This document shows, piece by piece, positions 12,513-26,887 of a DNA stretch of 56,381 nt (position 1 is its first letter; the number at the start of each line of letters is the position of its first letter). Made by a program: the position numbers and the translations under genes. The notes under the pieces are model-generated. The model saw only the letters and a list, made by a program, of their open reading frames with translations. It was not told the DNA's origin and ran no database searches. The DNA comes from Octopus bimaculoides (taxonomy: Eukaryota): positions 63,171,034-63,227,414 of the forward strand of contig NC_068990.1 in NCBI RefSeq assembly GCF_001194135.2, written 5' to 3'.

Positions 12513-13003
12513 CATACTACATATATATATATACACACACACATATGTGAGTATGTGTGCATTTGTAAATATACATGTGTGTTTGTATGACTTTATTTGT
12601 GTGTGCAAATATGTATGTAAGAAGGCGTGTACATGTATCAGATTTGAAATTTGATAACCATAAATCTTTTCCTTAAATTAGCTCTATAAAACCCATAATA
12701 CTATTGCATTATTTTATTCATCTGTTACAAAACATATTGACTCTCGTTTCTTTATTACTTCTGTTCTCTTCCTAAAGAAATGAGGAGAGAAAAAGAAGCA
12801 GATACAAGAAGAGCATCCTTTACTATCAGCGCATTCACTTCTCCACCCATCTTTACTTTTAACTTACACTTTTATTTTATTTGCTTCATTTACCTATTCC
12901 GTATGAACTAGTCGTTCAGCATATTTCTTCATCTCTTTGCACAGACACACACGCACATGCATAAACACACAGACGCAGACACACGCATACATATATATAT
13001 ATA

Positions 13004-13817
13004 NNNNNNNNNNNNNNNNNNNNNNNNNNNNNNNNNNNNNNNNNNNNNNNNNNNNNNNNNNNNNNNNNNNNNNNNNNNNNNNNNNNNNNNNNNNNNNNNN
13101 NNNNNNNNNNNNNNNNNNNNNNNNNNNNNNNNNNNNNNNNNNNNNNNNNNNNNNNNNNNNNNNNNNNNNNNNNNNNNNNNNNNNNNNNNNNNNNNNNNNN
13201 NNNNNNNNNNNNNNNNNNNNNNNNNNNNNNNNNNNNNNNNNNNNNNNNNNNNNNNNNNNNNNNNNNNNNNNNNNNNNNNNNNNNNNNNNNNNNNNNNNNN
13301 NNNNNNNNNNNNNNNNNNNNNNNNNNNNNNNNNNNNNNNNNNNNNNNNNNNNNNNNNNNNNNNNNNNNNNNNNNNNNNNNNNNNNNNNNNNNNNNNNNNN
13401 NNNNNNNNNNNNNNNNNNNNNNNNNNNNNNNNNNNNNNNNNNNNNNNNNNNNNNNNNNNNNNNNNNNNNNNNNNNNNNNNNNNNNNNNNNNNNNNNNNNN
13501 NNNNNNNNNNNNNNNNNNNNNNNNNNNNNNNNNNNNNNNNNNNNNNNNNNNNNNNNNNNNNNNNNNNNNNNNNNNNNNNNNNNNNNNNNNNNNNNNNNNN
13601 NNNNNNNNNNNNNNNNNNNNNNNNNNNNNNNNNNNNNNNNNNNNNNNNNNNNNNNNNNNNNNNNNNNNNNNNNNNNNNNNNNNNNNNNNNNNNNNNNNNN
13701 NNNNNNNNNNNNNNNNNNNNNNNNNNNNNNNNNNNNNNNNNNNNNNNNNNNNNNNNNNNNNNNNNNNNNNNNNNNNNNNNNNNNNNNNNNNNNNNNNNNN
13801 NNNNNNNNNNNNNNNNN
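13004..13817. other. Assembly gap (N)
   Basis: Direct; flanked by (TA)n. Confidence 1.
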
Positions 13818-14098
13818 TATATATATATATATATATATAGATAGATAGATAGATATATATATATACATATATACATATATACATATATACACACATATAT
13901 ATGGTACACTGACATAGATACATAATGAGCAGGCATACTTGCTGCTAGATACAGCAGCGGTTCAGAACGCACCAACTGATCCAGAAGTGTATCCGTAACC
14001 CGATACTTGTTGTTGAGAATATCCGATAGATTCCCTTTCTTTTCTGCTTTCATGCACGTTGCGGTAGCAAGCAGTCACACTAGCAGCTACACTAGTCT

Positions 14099-14100
<2 letters not shown>

Positions 14101-14171
<71 letters not shown>
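14101..14171. repeat. (AGT)n microsatellite
   Basis: Direct. Confidence 0.95.
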
Positions 14172-14172
<1 letters not shown>

Positions 14173-16047
14173 AGAACAATGAAAAAGAAAAGAAAAAAAT
14201 AAGAAGAAAGCTGAAGGAGTAGGAAGTGGTTTTGGTGTGGGGTGGTTTGTGGGGTTGGAGGTAAATGGTATATTGGAGGGAAGAGAAAGGTTGATTGGAG
14301 TCAGCTGCACTCAGAACAGCTAGCAGCAAGCAGCAACAACTGTAACAGTTAGTGTGCTAGCAATACCATTGCTACCGGGTATTTGCGTACAGCAGTAGTC
14401 GTCGTACCTTGTAGATGTAGCATTAGCCGATGCAACTACGTAGGCATGAAAAACAGTCCTCCTACCTTTCATCATGCTAGAAACGTGTAGTATAGTGAAA
14501 CCAGCTCTACAGTTACTAGCTCTACTAGTGCAACTTGTCGGGTAAATTTGGCTAGTGAGCAATATATGCACATATACACACACATGCGCACACTTATATA
14601 TACATGTGTGTTTGTGTGTGAAAGTGCTGTTCTTATCATAAGTACTAAAGATATAATTTGAAACAAAGCTATGAATTGCAATAATGGTCTGTATATGTGT
14701 ATGTATGTATGTAGAGTCGTATGTGTATATATGTATATGCGTTTGTGTTTAAGATTTTTGCGTAAATTGGCGACTATGATACTAAATGTAATGTACAATC
14801 GCCTACCAATATATTGCATTAAAAAAACAACACTATCGTGTAGAAGAGTATGCAGCTTTTCAAATGATGTACTGTACTTTAGCTAATTTTCAACTGGTAC
14901 TAGGTGGCTCAATAAAATATAGTACAACTATGTTTTACGAAGAAGTTTTGTGGTCTACAATACGATGTGGTAGTGTGCGATAGTGGATAGTGGGATGTAG
15001 CCATGTTGATCTTCAAAACATATCAAAATTATACAATTTAGTATTGCAATATATATATAATATTTTTCAGCCCAATTTTTTCTATGCTATTCTTCATAGC
15101 TTTATCTGTGTTTTTCGAGATACTCCAAAAAAACAAAAGCAAAATATTGTGATATAATATAATTCTCGAATCATAATCCAAGAATTAAATAAAACACCTG
15201 CTTCATAATTATGACACTTAAAGAAGTGTCCTCTATCATAGCATGATGGCGAATCGAACCATATTGTCAAATGGAGTAGATGGAATTTTGTGAAATCAGG
15301 CCGGCATATGATATCTGTATTTCAAAAGTTGCACTCATGTCACAAACTGTTGCGCCTATTCAAAGTGACATTGTAAATTATTTTCGTTAATGAAATCACT
15401 TGAACTTCTGTTCTTTTCGGAATTGTCGCGACGTCCGCTGCAAGCGTTTGAGAAATTTCAGTAATATTTTAAATATCGATTGATACATAAACAGCATGTT
15501 TGAATTTTCTAATATACCAGTAATTCATCGACCCCAGTGCTTGACTGGTACTTATTCTATCGATCAGTGGTGAATTCAGCTCCAGCGGAATATGATTTAG
15601 TACGCCATATTAATAAGTGTAGCTAACGACTGTACTATATTCTTTCTAAGACACTCTACTGAGCAACACTAGTTGCACTGTTTTCGACTTATGGTATGAG
15701 TAAATGCAGTTATATTTTCCTTATACTGGTTCACATGTCTCATTTGCATAGCACCTGTATGCCTCTTGTGGAAAAATTGCCTCTCTCACAACTAGAAAGC
15801 CATAGCCGAAATTCGGTGGCTACAAAAATGTATACAAGCTCCATTTATTTTCTTTACTTTTACCGATGCAAAAGATTCTCTTCTAAAGATGATTAATTGA
15901 AAGCAGTGGCGAACTTTTAGCAGATACTTAAATATACATTGTTGGCAATTTGAAATATTGACAGTTTTATTCATGAAATATAGCTTGCGCTTACAAGAAT
16001 ATTTCAATGAACCGAGTTCATCATACCTGATTTCCAGCTCTGAAATT

Positions 16048-16095
<48 letters not shown>

Positions 16096-16145
16096 TGTGT
16101 TTGTGTGTGTGTGTGTGCGTGCGCGTATATACATGTGTCTTTGTG

Positions 16146-16300
16146 TCTGTCTTTATCCCCTCATCACCGCTTGACAACCGGTGCTGGTGTATTTACATCC
16201 CAGTAACATAGCGTTTCGGCTCGACTTAAAGCCTTTCAAGACGGTGCTCCAACATGGCCGCAATCACATGACTAAAGGAAGTAAAAGAATAAAAGAATAA
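16146..16300 (+). mobile_element. SINE family B 3' half (internally deleted), preceded by (GT)n at about 16050-16120
   Basis: caccgcttgacaaccggtgctggtgtatttacatccc...ggtgctccaacatggccgca...gtaaaagaataaaagaataaa. Confidence 0.8.
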
Positions 16301-16339
16301 AGTCCTTGATTTGTTAATATTCAATATTCTGAGAGCAAT

Positions 16340-16515
16340 GAGCTAGCAGAATCGAGGGCACGCCGAGGAAAGGGCTTGGCGGCATTTTGTCCGCTTTTAC
16401 GTTCTGAGGGCGACATTCTTAAGTCGAGTAAATAAGTACCAGTTGACCATTAGGGTCTATGCAATTGACTTAACCCTTCTCGCGAAATTGCTGCCTTATG
16501 CCAAAATGTGAAGCC
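16340..16515 (+). mobile_element. SINE family A copy with internal deletion
   Basis: Head gagctagcagaatcg; tail aaattgctgccttatgccaaaatgtgaagcc. Confidence 0.75.
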
Positions 16516-16831
16516 GATTTTTAGTATCTCGTGTCTTTCCTTGCGTTTACAGCTGAAATGTCACGTGCCTTTGAAACCATGTCTCCGAATTAGTAGTGAA
16601 AATACTTTTGGATCATAAGACCTGTTTGAATCCACTCAATAAGGAAACTGTTGAGACCCTTCTAAATAAGGAAACTGTCATCTAAGGGGGAAATCACTAT
16701 CATTATTACCATTTTTAACGAGAACGGTAGACAGTGCTTAGATGCAGCACACCCAGTTTACGCTTCAAATTTCAGAACTAAATTATGTTGTTGACTTTGT
16801 ATGTAGTTCCAGTGGAGTTGATGTTAGAAAT

Positions 16832-17168
16832 AAAGGGTAAAGACCCCCTTCGGTCATGAATGACCATGGGATTTCACCTAGAAAGTACCCTCCGAGGAAC
16901 AAGTCCGGGAAAGGTTGTTTATGAAAGATCAGCAGTCGCCCATGCAGACCAGCCACCCCTCTCCATGCCATCCAAGAGAAAAGCAAAAGCCGATGCAGCT
17001 TGGCACCAGTGACGTCGCAACTCATTTCTACAGATGAGTGAACTGGAGCAACACGAAAAAAATAAAGTGTTTTGCTGAAGAACATAACACACAACTCGGT
17101 CAGGTAAGCGATCTTGCTAACTCATGATTGTGAGCTCGACGCTCTTACTACTGAACCACGCGCCTTCA
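16832..17168 (-). mobile_element. tRNA-derived SINE, family D head with a distinct 3' body
   Basis: Minus strand starts tgaaggcgcgtggttcagtagtaagagcgtcgagctcac (A-box-like), the same head and CORE-like segment as 55063-55370. Confidence 0.75.
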
Positions 17169-18180
17169 CATGCTATATTACACTTGATGTAACCTACTGT
17201 AGTCTGTTCCTTTCCAAAAAAGGCATTACATCAAGATCAAAGAATAGGTTATTGATTTCTTTCAAATATATATGTCTCTAATTTCAGGTATGGAAATTTT
17301 TTTAAATTTATTTTTACAGAGAATATATTTCATAATAACGAAGTTATCAATCTCATGAATGTGTAAAAAGTCATCTACAGACATTATATGTAGCAGGATT
17401 GCAAAAATTATTTTCACATAAAGTTTAAGTGAAAAGTTGTTGCGGCAAATTATATTTTAACACTACAATTTAAAACTGAAATTTGTTTTAGAGTTATATT
17501 GTTATATTTCATGGTTAATGTTCTTTGCCTTTTTTTAAAGTACTTCAAATGAGAATCTCTTTAGCAATCTTCCAGATCTTACAAGATGAATTTCGTCAGC
17601 TCAGTGAAATGAGACAAGTGAAATGTAATTACTCAATCACAGATACTTCACAAAGTCAACAGTTGATTTGAACTCAAGAACAGACGCTCTGTCATGTAAT
17701 ATTACGGGAATCTTTAGAAATGATTTATTTCAAATTATTTCAATTGAGAAAAAATTCGTCCGATATTTCTCAATGTAAGACAAACAATAAAACTGTAATT
17801 TATGTGGAATTCTACGCTTTTACAATACTATTCCTGCGTAGAAAATATTTTTTTGTGGATTCAAATTCTCAACACTCGATCTTTCCTGTAACTTATATTC
17901 AATCAAAAGCTGAATATTTCAACTAGGTATATATATAGTTGGACAATGAAATGTTTATTTGTAGTCTATCTTTTATCATTCAATATGTTACATATTTTAG
18001 GCTGAACTGCTGTGTTGTGTTTGATATCTACGAACTAAATTTACTCCTTCAGACGTTTTAAACACGTACACAGAATCTCAGTTTGCTATGTGTGTAGACC
18101 GCATCAAAGGTGGGATAACATTGCCATTGCGATATCATCGTTTTGCTTGTAATTAACAAATGATACCAGCTAATGTTTCT

Positions 18181-18232
18181 CATTAAGTTTTCCGTCTTCA
18201 TTAAGGTTTCCGTCTTCATTAAGGTTTCCGTT
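18181..18232. repeat. 18-bp tandem repeat x about 3 (cattaag[t/g]tttccgtctt)
   Basis: Direct. Confidence 0.9.
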
Positions 18233-18333
18233 ATCTCATTTTTGAATAGTTCAAAAAGTTAAAATGAAGCTAATTACTTGAACATTCCGAGGATGATCCT
18301 ATACAACAATGCCAATACGTTGAACTTCAATAT

Positions 18334-18550
18334 AAGGTGAGGAAAGGCAGAATTGTTAGTACGCTGAGAGAAATGCTTAGCGGCATTTCGTCCGTCTTTG
18401 TGTTCTGAGTTCAAATTCCACCGAGGTCGACTTTGCTTTTCATTCTTTTGGGTTGATAAAATTAGTACAAGTTGAGCACTAGGGTCGATGTAATCGACTT
18501 AACCCCCCTCTCTGAAATTGCTGATCTTGTGCCAAAATTTGGAACCAGTA
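18334..18550 (+). mobile_element. SINE family A, full length
   Basis: Close match to the family A head, core and tail. Confidence 0.9.
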
Positions 18551-20284
18551 TATTGAACTTCACACAATAACACCTTTCTTCATTGGCTTACAAATGCTGA
18601 ATATTCTCGTAAAACTCTCCTCATTTAATTTCAGCTCAACAGATATAACATACAATTCCAAACACGGGACGCTTCATTCACCACCAAAGTTATAGGTAAT
18701 GAAATAAACGCTATATCTACAAGACTCTGTACTAAAATATCGCATAATCATTTAAACGAACAATACAAATTAAGTTTCGCGTTATAATAATTTATTTTGA
18801 GAGACTGCTTATACATTATTATTTTTCTACGATATTTAAATCAGTGTCAATACTCTTCCACAGCATATAGACATATTTTTTAAAATATTCTTTCTCTCAA
18901 ATTAATTGCAAATGAATTATTATAAATTTCAGAATATATCTTTAAACTTCTGTCATTAATCTATAGTATTCTGTTTATTTTCTTCAGTACTGTATTCGTT
19001 ATGCACTGAAATTACAAAATACATTTTTTTTTTATCAAATATAGTCTAAGACATATTGCTCTGAAATCAAGATCGATCGACAAAATGCCTGAATATTTTT
19101 CATCATAGAATGAATAATTATTTCCGCTAATTTCTTATTAGAAATAGTATAAGAAAGTTGACATATAAACTGAATAACATGTTGTTAATTATATCAAAAT
19201 GACATGAATTTATAGGTTTGCATTGTCGGTTTGTTGGTTTCTATTATGACTTTGAATAATATAGAGGCGATAAAAACTTAGTAAATAATAGATGTCGATG
19301 TAATTATACATGGTCACTTAAATGTGAAATTGTATATACAATGATGGCAGGTGGGAATAAAACCATTTCCAACGCATAAGTCCGAACAAGACAGCAACAA
19401 ATTTAATACAGGAAATAATGACGTTCAAAAATTCTTTCCGACAAGGTGAATCCGGACCAAACAGCCATATAGACGAATGTGTTTGCTTTTGTTTAGGAAC
19501 ATCGAAAAATAAACAATCCATTCAAAGAAATCCCAATCTCACTATACATTAATGTTAGTTTTATAAGTGATTTGAAAGTCAAAGTCATCAGAAATACTGT
19601 TAACCAGTGATTGGCTTGTTAGAATCTCGTAACCAACGATACTATCGTTAAAAAAAAAATAGGATATAAAACAAAAGGCGAACATATCTACCGACAGCTG
19701 CTATCATGAAGACAGGATGAAAGAAATGCAAATGATTTTGGATTGAGTATTTGCTAATATATTCTACTAAAAGAGCGCCACTGCTTATTAAAGGTGATTA
19801 AGTCTAATGTAAGATAAACGTAACCAGTAAAAGGTTACGTCAGTCAGGAATATTTGTTTATCAAAACGCTTAGTAAAAATGGCTGACATAAAAGAGCGAC
19901 GAATTAAGAAATTTATAATTTACTTTTACTCTTAACAGGCATGCTGTTAAGTGTAAATCTAGAGAGCTATATTTGCCTTATCTCCCACTAAGGTTAAGAA
20001 AATAAATATCAGTAGCATAATATGGGAGATTAGATTAGTGGAAGAAACGAAACACCCGATTTTTTTATTCTTTCAAATTAATATTATAGATACAAATACA
20101 AATAATGGCTGCGTAGAAAAAGACAGGAGAAGAAAAATGTATTGCTTGCTTAACATTCATATCCTGGATTGCTGTTTTTCCTTTTCCTTTTAGTCCAAAC
20201 TTCATAAAAATTCGCCCATGCTCCACTCAACTTTAGAATTATAGAAAATAGTGCTATTCAAAAGTTTATATTACTACTGCGATG

Positions 20285-21420
20285 TTACACCAAAACGAGT
20301 TGGTGCCATTCACTTAGAATAATTTACTTTTTGGATAATTCTTAATTTCTCCAGTCGGTCTAATTCTTCCTCTACCTCGTTTATCGCAGCAACTTATACC
20401 TTTCTATTAGGTTTGAATACAGGTACGACCTTTTCCTTTATTTGAAAACATGCCTCAGTCTTAGAACAGAGACCTAATTTATCCGAGAGCACTTCACAAA
20501 CCTTTTTCAAAATTTTTCTTCAATTCAGCTGCTGAGTTAATTTCACTGGTGGGACAGCTATTTATTTTTTACAGACCAGACTTATGGTGGGGTGTCCCAT
20601 AAGTCAGTCAACTCTAATCACTCCGTACTGAACAGATTGGTTACGCTTTTTTAACCACGAAAACTTTTTCTCTAGAGGTCTTTTTCCTGAAATGTGATAT
20701 CACTCCACATTTCGCTTACGAAGTGTAGTTTTTCACCTATCACGACACGTGCAATTTTTGATGTTTTCCTTAACATAGGTTTCTCAATTCTTATTCACGT
20801 GTCAGTATTATTAATCGAAATGTCGTTAACAGTATCTAGTTGTAATTTAATATTCACTTCGTTTACTTTTACAAGTACAAATTTCCTCTTTTTTGTGTCA
20901 CTTCTACTTTACATTGAGAAAACTTTAAAATCTTTTATATTCGACCTTCCTAACTTTGCTCTGCAATGCGCGCTCTTGTGTCCTACCTTTTAGCAGCTGT
21001 AAGATGTTTGCATTTTGAAATGACAATCCTTTCTGAAATGTAGGACTCCACATCCGTTGCATGGGTTTGGTCTTAACATTTTTTTGTTTATACCTTCCCG
21101 GTCGGTACGCTTGTACTTGTGCGATCTCCTTCACTTCAACTTTGTATATGTCCTGACGTAAGTTTACCATTCTTTGACACGCCTCTTCAACTGTCTGCAG
21201 GGTTAGACTTTGGTCCACTTGTTCAAGTTTTGTAAGAATTATTGCAGGTATCTTGTTCGCCGTAAGAACTTGTATAAGAAATGAGGCACTTAAGCAAATC
21301 AGGGGTTAGTTCCTTTAGTTTAAACCTTACGCACATTCGGTTTACGGTCACATGACAAAGTTTTCATCCTCTCTTTCAACTAGATTCCAACACACCTCTT
21401 AACCACTGTTGTTCCCAGTT
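20285..21420 (-). mobile_element. Ty3/Gypsy LTR-retrotransposon remnant (gag - zinc knuckles - aspartic protease - start of RT)
   Basis: Minus strand with frameshifts: FKLKELTPDLLKCLI...KLEQVDQSLTLQTVEEACQRMVNLRQD (gag); CNGCGVLHFRKDC and C*KVGHKSAHC (CCHC knuckles); IKLQLDTVNDISI (protease LDT); VPVFKPNRKV*VAAINEVEEELDRLEKLRIIQKVNYSKWMAP (pre-RT). No LTRs seen. Confidence 0.88.
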
Positions 21421-23223
21421 ATACTCTGACGCAAATTAGTAACACCTGTCAACCATTGGGACTCAAGGGACACTAGTTCTCATTAAAATTCCTTTCTAAG
21501 ACAAGTTAAACCCGTATAGAAAAACCCAGTGTGGAATTGGTTTCTGGTTGCCTCAAACTCTGTCATGCCACTGGTTTTATAGCTCAAATCACTGAAAAGT
21601 ATGTTCAGTGCTGTGCAACACACTTTTATCCACTCAAAACAAATGCTCGCAGAAAAACTTCTTGGACTCTTGGAACGAACATTTGCACGGACTTAGTAGG
21701 TTTAAGAAGTGATGATATTCGGTCTTAAGTTGACTTGCACCATGTATGCTTGTATGTCTGCAAAGCCGAATCAGACCGGATAAAATGTCTTAAGACACGC
21801 AGTAGTCTAATGAGGCTCGAACCACAGATATATTTTTCCAATTTTAACATGTCTGCTTAACCAAGGAACATACTTCACTCTCCAGCACAGCGGGATTGCT
21901 TTTTTTACCCAGTTGTCCTTGCTTATTTCTTAACATGGAAAAGCATTACGAACTAGCGAGATAGTTTCTATGAGCTCGTTTGATCTCCTAGAAATTGCAG
22001 CTTGCTCTTCCTCAAATATTACTTTCCTTCTTTCATTAGAACGGCTAAATATACACGATAAACTTTTACTACGGTGTTCTCAATTATTCTTTTAATATTT
22101 AAACGTTACCCTGAGGGATATTTGGATATCACAAATTAATACGAATACGTAACAGATGCTTCGCATTTATCTAATAAATGTAGTATACATATTTTAATGT
22201 CTTTTTCCAAGAATGAAATATATCATACAATGGAAAAGCATAAAAATCTCTAAACATTTATGTTGAATAATGAGAAAATGAAACTGATTACAAGTCAACG
22301 GATTTAAACAGAAATAGTGACAGCTGGAATAAGCACAGGCACTATAAACGATAATGTTGACCATAATAATCATAATAATAAAGGTTTCTTTTGTCGCCAT
22401 CTAATATACATATTTAGAGAGAATGCCCATTGTTTTATTTATCTATAGTATGACTGAAACAGTAAATGCATATATCGGTACTTATTCATTACAAATTTAA
22501 AGAATCGAAAGAAATGTTCAAGACGGGATCAGTTAAAAGAAAGTTAGCAGCGCATATAATTTTAATTCCACCTAACTAACTTTTATAGTACTCTTGATTC
22601 TCATAAATATCTGTTATATAAGCCTGAAGCTACATTTTTATACCGAATCAATTTCAGAATACGCTCATGTCGTTCGAGGTGGTAACCCTCTTATGAAATA
22701 TGACATATTGTGCTTTCTGTTTAGATGAAGGGAAAGCAAACTGAATGGTCTATAGACCTAAGTGTGTGGCTAACATTTCGGTGCCGTTAGAATGTCAGGA
22801 AGAGTGATGAGGCTAATACCTTCTCTAAAAACAGCAAATGTGATTATCCACTGACCTAGGTGCTTATTTCCAAATTACAAATTGAATTTCCAAATTGGAT
22901 TTTATTATTTACCTTGTTTACAAAAACATATTAAAAACAATAGGGATAGATACGGCGATGTCGATTAGTTAAAAAAGATTTAATTATAAGCTAACTTTAT
23001 TCTCTGACCGAACCATATTTCAAGAGCTAAATACCTTTTTGCCAAATATTCTCATTATTATATACGTGATACAGCTGTCAGAGAAAAAAGTATATTCGTC
23101 AAACAAACGCTCAAATGAACATAGTTAGCAGTATACAAAAGTAGATAATTTGAAACATTAGAATCAGTAACCCAATTCAAATATTATTTATTGAAGCTTG
23201 CGTTGGAAAAGTATATATACATA

Positions 23224-23760
23224 NNNNNNNNNNNNNNNNNNNNNNNNNNNNNNNNNNNNNNNNNNNNNNNNNNNNNNNNNNNNNNNNNNNNNNNNNNNNN
23301 NNNNNNNNNNNNNNNNNNNNNNNNNNNNNNNNNNNNNNNNNNNNNNNNNNNNNNNNNNNNNNNNNNNNNNNNNNNNNNNNNNNNNNNNNNNNNNNNNNNN
23401 NNNNNNNNNNNNNNNNNNNNNNNNNNNNNNNNNNNNNNNNNNNNNNNNNNNNNNNNNNNNNNNNNNNNNNNNNNNNNNNNNNNNNNNNNNNNNNNNNNNN
23501 NNNNNNNNNNNNNNNNNNNNNNNNNNNNNNNNNNNNNNNNNNNNNNNNNNNNNNNNNNNNNNNNNNNNNNNNNNNNNNNNNNNNNNNNNNNNNNNNNNNN
23601 NNNNNNNNNNNNNNNNNNNNNNNNNNNNNNNNNNNNNNNNNNNNNNNNNNNNNNNNNNNNNNNNNNNNNNNNNNNNNNNNNNNNNNNNNNNNNNNNNNNN
23701 NNNNNNNNNNNNNNNNNNNNNNNNNNNNNNNNNNNNNNNNNNNNNNNNNNNNNNNNNNNN
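23224..23760. other. Assembly gap (N)
   Basis: Direct. Confidence 1.
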
Positions 23761-24249
23761 ATATATATATATATATATATATATATAGTATGAAAAAGGG
23801 ACGAGGAGAATTTCGATTATCCCCACGTGGTGCGTTGTAATGCAAGCTATATATTTACAAAATAAAAGAAGGAAAATGCACGCAGTTTACATAGTTGTAA
23901 TATATTTCTTGATATATTTTATAAATGGAATAGTACTGTTTGTCGACGGGTTTCGCTTTCGCTAATCGTGACATTGAAATTATTGTAATTTCGTATATTC
24001 TTAAGAAGATTTTAGTCAAAGATTTTAGTATGCGGGTTTGTGAATGAAATGAATCAACAGATAGAAAAATATAACGGGAGGTAATTGGTGATCGTTATTA
24101 TTCTGGACAAGGGAGGTAATTGTTTTGAAAAGCGGGTAAATAAATATGCAAAAACTCAAAAGTTATAGTAATGAGACGAAATATTTACAGTGAAGTGTAT
24201 GTGAACATGAATTAAAATATATACTGAGATCAAAGCTGGTTATGCGTTC

Positions 24250-25110
24250 ATATTTAGGCGTGTTCTGTATATTTCGATAAATAAATTTTCTTTATTTAAA
24301 CGTTCTTGTACAGAAATTGTTTCTTTACACTGGTAGATGGGGAAAAACTGAGAAGTTTGGTTGGGTATTACCTGCACATCTCTCTATGTGTTCACTCAAA
24401 AGAATCTGTCTGTACTGTGGTAAATAGATCTGTTCCTTATGCATTGTATTTCTCCGTCTAAGTGCCATACTTGTCTGTCCTGTATAGTTATGTCCACAAC
24501 CTGAACAAGTTATAACATAAATTAGATTCTTGGAGGCACAAGTGGAGTTGATTTAATTGCGAACATCTCTCCTTGTTTGAATATGAATTCCGAGCTTTCC
24601 TGCAGGTTGGGGCATGTTCCACAGTTTGGACATCCACGTTTTTAACCAATGGTTTCGTGGTTGATATTTAAAGCTTCGCATTTGTCAGAATTATTTTCAA
24701 CGATTTGTGTTGCTTTTTGCATTTGATGAATTTATGTTTTTGGAATGTTGTTCATTTTTGGATCCGTAGTGAGCATAGGTTAATTTTGTACAATAGTGTT
24801 CTATACCTCGTTGTTTCTAGGATTGTGCACTGATATATATGGTAGTGTTTTGAGATATGCTGTGGTGTTATGTTTTGTTTCCCTTAGTGTTTTAAGGCCT
24901 AATTTCTTGGCATGCTTAATTCCATCATCTATAAATGAGGGTGGATATTGTTTCTCAGTGTTGTTCTGAGGTCTGGAAAACAGAGGTCCCGGGTATTTCT
25001 ATCAGACGTTATTGTGAAAATCCTTTCTGCTAAATTAAAGAGGATATTCCTTTTGATGCGTTTCAGGTGGCATACGCTAAACAGAAGATACTGTTAGAAC
25101 ATATATATTA
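24250..25110 (-). mobile_element. Penelope-like element remnant: post-RT linker + GIY-YIG endonuclease
   Basis: Minus strand: KRNILFNLAERIFTI..., RGCPNCGTCPNL (linker CxxCxxC), TCASKNLIYVITCSGCGHNYTGQTSMALRRRNTMHKEQI...LSEHIERC (GIY-YIG motif), with frameshifts. Confidence 0.9.
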
Positions 25111-25850
25111 TAGGGATGTATTTAGCTAGTGAATTATTGATGTAAGTAAAGATGAAATAAAATAAAATAAAATAAAATAAGATAAAAATAACATACAGAT
25201 AATAGTCAAGTAAAAAAGTTATAATATAAAACGTAAAGAAAAATATAAACGTATGTAAAATAATATATAAAATTCAAATAAAAGGAAAGAAGGATACTTA
25301 TATATGCAAGAGATGAATTATATAATAAAATAAATGAGGGGTTAGTTAGTAAAATAATTATTAGCCGACCATTATAGATGAGTTATTTTCATTAGTTTGG
25401 TAATAGATACAGTTCAGGACGCGTAGCGTTCACATCTTATTGTGTCATATTAAAAATCAAGAACAGGCAAAAGTTTGAAAGATTTGACCGTTATGGTATG
25501 TATCTTAAAAGCCTTATATGTGAACACTTAGCCGTCAGTATATAGATGCAAGCACGCACAACCTCACTATAACATACATGTGTATATATACCAATATTAA
25601 AAATATACTTAATTGTAAGATGCATTAACTAATAACACGGGCAAGTATTTAGTGATGTAGATATGTTGGGAGTGGGAAATAAAAATGGGAGTACATATAC
25701 ATAAGTATACAAGGGTATACACATATGTAGAAATATATATTTATACTCAAATACAGATACATAGGTATACAATAAATCGACATGCAGAAGATGGTATATC
25801 TTATATATAACCCCACATGAATGTGCATACAACACCCATATACACCTATA

Positions 25851-25854
<4 letters not shown>

Positions 25855-25912
<58 letters not shown>
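25855..25912. repeat. (TA)n microsatellite
   Basis: Direct. Confidence 0.95.
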
Positions 25913-25916
<4 letters not shown>

Positions 25917-26299
25917 CACTCACATTATGGGCGTACATACTCACATGCATATACAGATGCACATACATATGTAAGCACATAGTGCACATCCACGCATACG
26001 CATATGTGTAAAACATAGGAGTAAATAAGAAAATAGGTATAAGTTATATATCCAAGCGTATGAGTAAAAGATGAATAGGGAGATATAGTTTCCATAACGG
26101 TACTATATATACAAGGTCCTTCAGTTATCATAAAGGAAATATTAAAATAAAGTATATAAAGGGAATTTATGTAATAGTAATATAATGCGGATAGGAGAAG
26201 TTTCTATATTGAGTAATAAGGGAGATTGTAATGTGATTTTTTAAAAAAAGTATGACTAAAAGTATCATTTATATAATATAACTAAGATATGAGGTAGCA

Positions 26300-26640
26300 A
26301 ATAGTTATTTTAGATTAATGAATAGGAATTTGGTCATGTGTTTACATGAGACAACTTTTTCATACCCCGTATTAACTAGGTGTCCATTCATTCTCATTAT
26401 ATGATAGCTTTCTTTTGGTCACAATCTGCAAATTTAATAGTCAATTCTGAAAGAAGGGGCCGAAGATAGAATTTTCCAAGAAATTGAGAAATTAATATTA
26501 TTTCTTTTGAGGTACCAAATTTTCATTCATACTCCAGAACTGTTCTCTTTTCTATGGTCCCTAAAGTTGGACTCGTGGCTCGATAAACTCTCGATGAGTC
26601 CTGCGTTATAAATTCTTTTTACAATTCCTTTCTAATTTAT
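26300..26640 (-). mobile_element. Second, different Penelope-like GIY-YIG C-terminal remnant
   Basis: Minus strand: YNAGLIESLSSHESNFRDHRKENSSGV*MKIWYLKRNNINFSISWKILSSAPSF...CRL*PKESYHIM...VVSCKHMTKFLFINLK* matches the 'HK.SF...T.LSK.IW.LK..N..F.I.W.I...C.LC..EK..I...CRH..KF' C-terminus of Penelope-type endonucleases. Confidence 0.7.
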
Positions 26641-26843
26641 ATATATGTTTTGCAGAATTATATATATATATATATATATATTATTCGAAAGAATTCCAAC
26701 TCTGTCTGTTTGTTAGGTTTTCTTTATATTCTTGTAAAATTAATGTGGGATATAGAATATGGAATATATAGTATATATAGTAAAATGAAATGAAGTATTG
26801 AATGTCTTATTGAATAAATGAAATATTGAATATTAAATATTTA

Positions 26844-26887
26844 AGGACTAGTATACTTTCATACTTTCTAGCAGTCTTCATGGTCCC
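26844..26887 (-). ncRNA. Imperfect minimal type-I hammerhead-like motif
   Basis: Minus strand: GGGAC-C-AUGAAGA-CUGCU/AGAA/AGUAU-GAA-AGUAUACU(palindrome)-A-GUCCU. Stem I and the palindromic stem III are present; the core deviates from CUGANGA. Confidence 0.3.

Noticed and set aside
13930-14053. Minus-strand MKAEKKGNLSDILNNKYRVTDTLLDQLVRSEPLLYL peptide
   Set aside because: It sits in a low-complexity gctagcag-rich region without splice signals or known homology.
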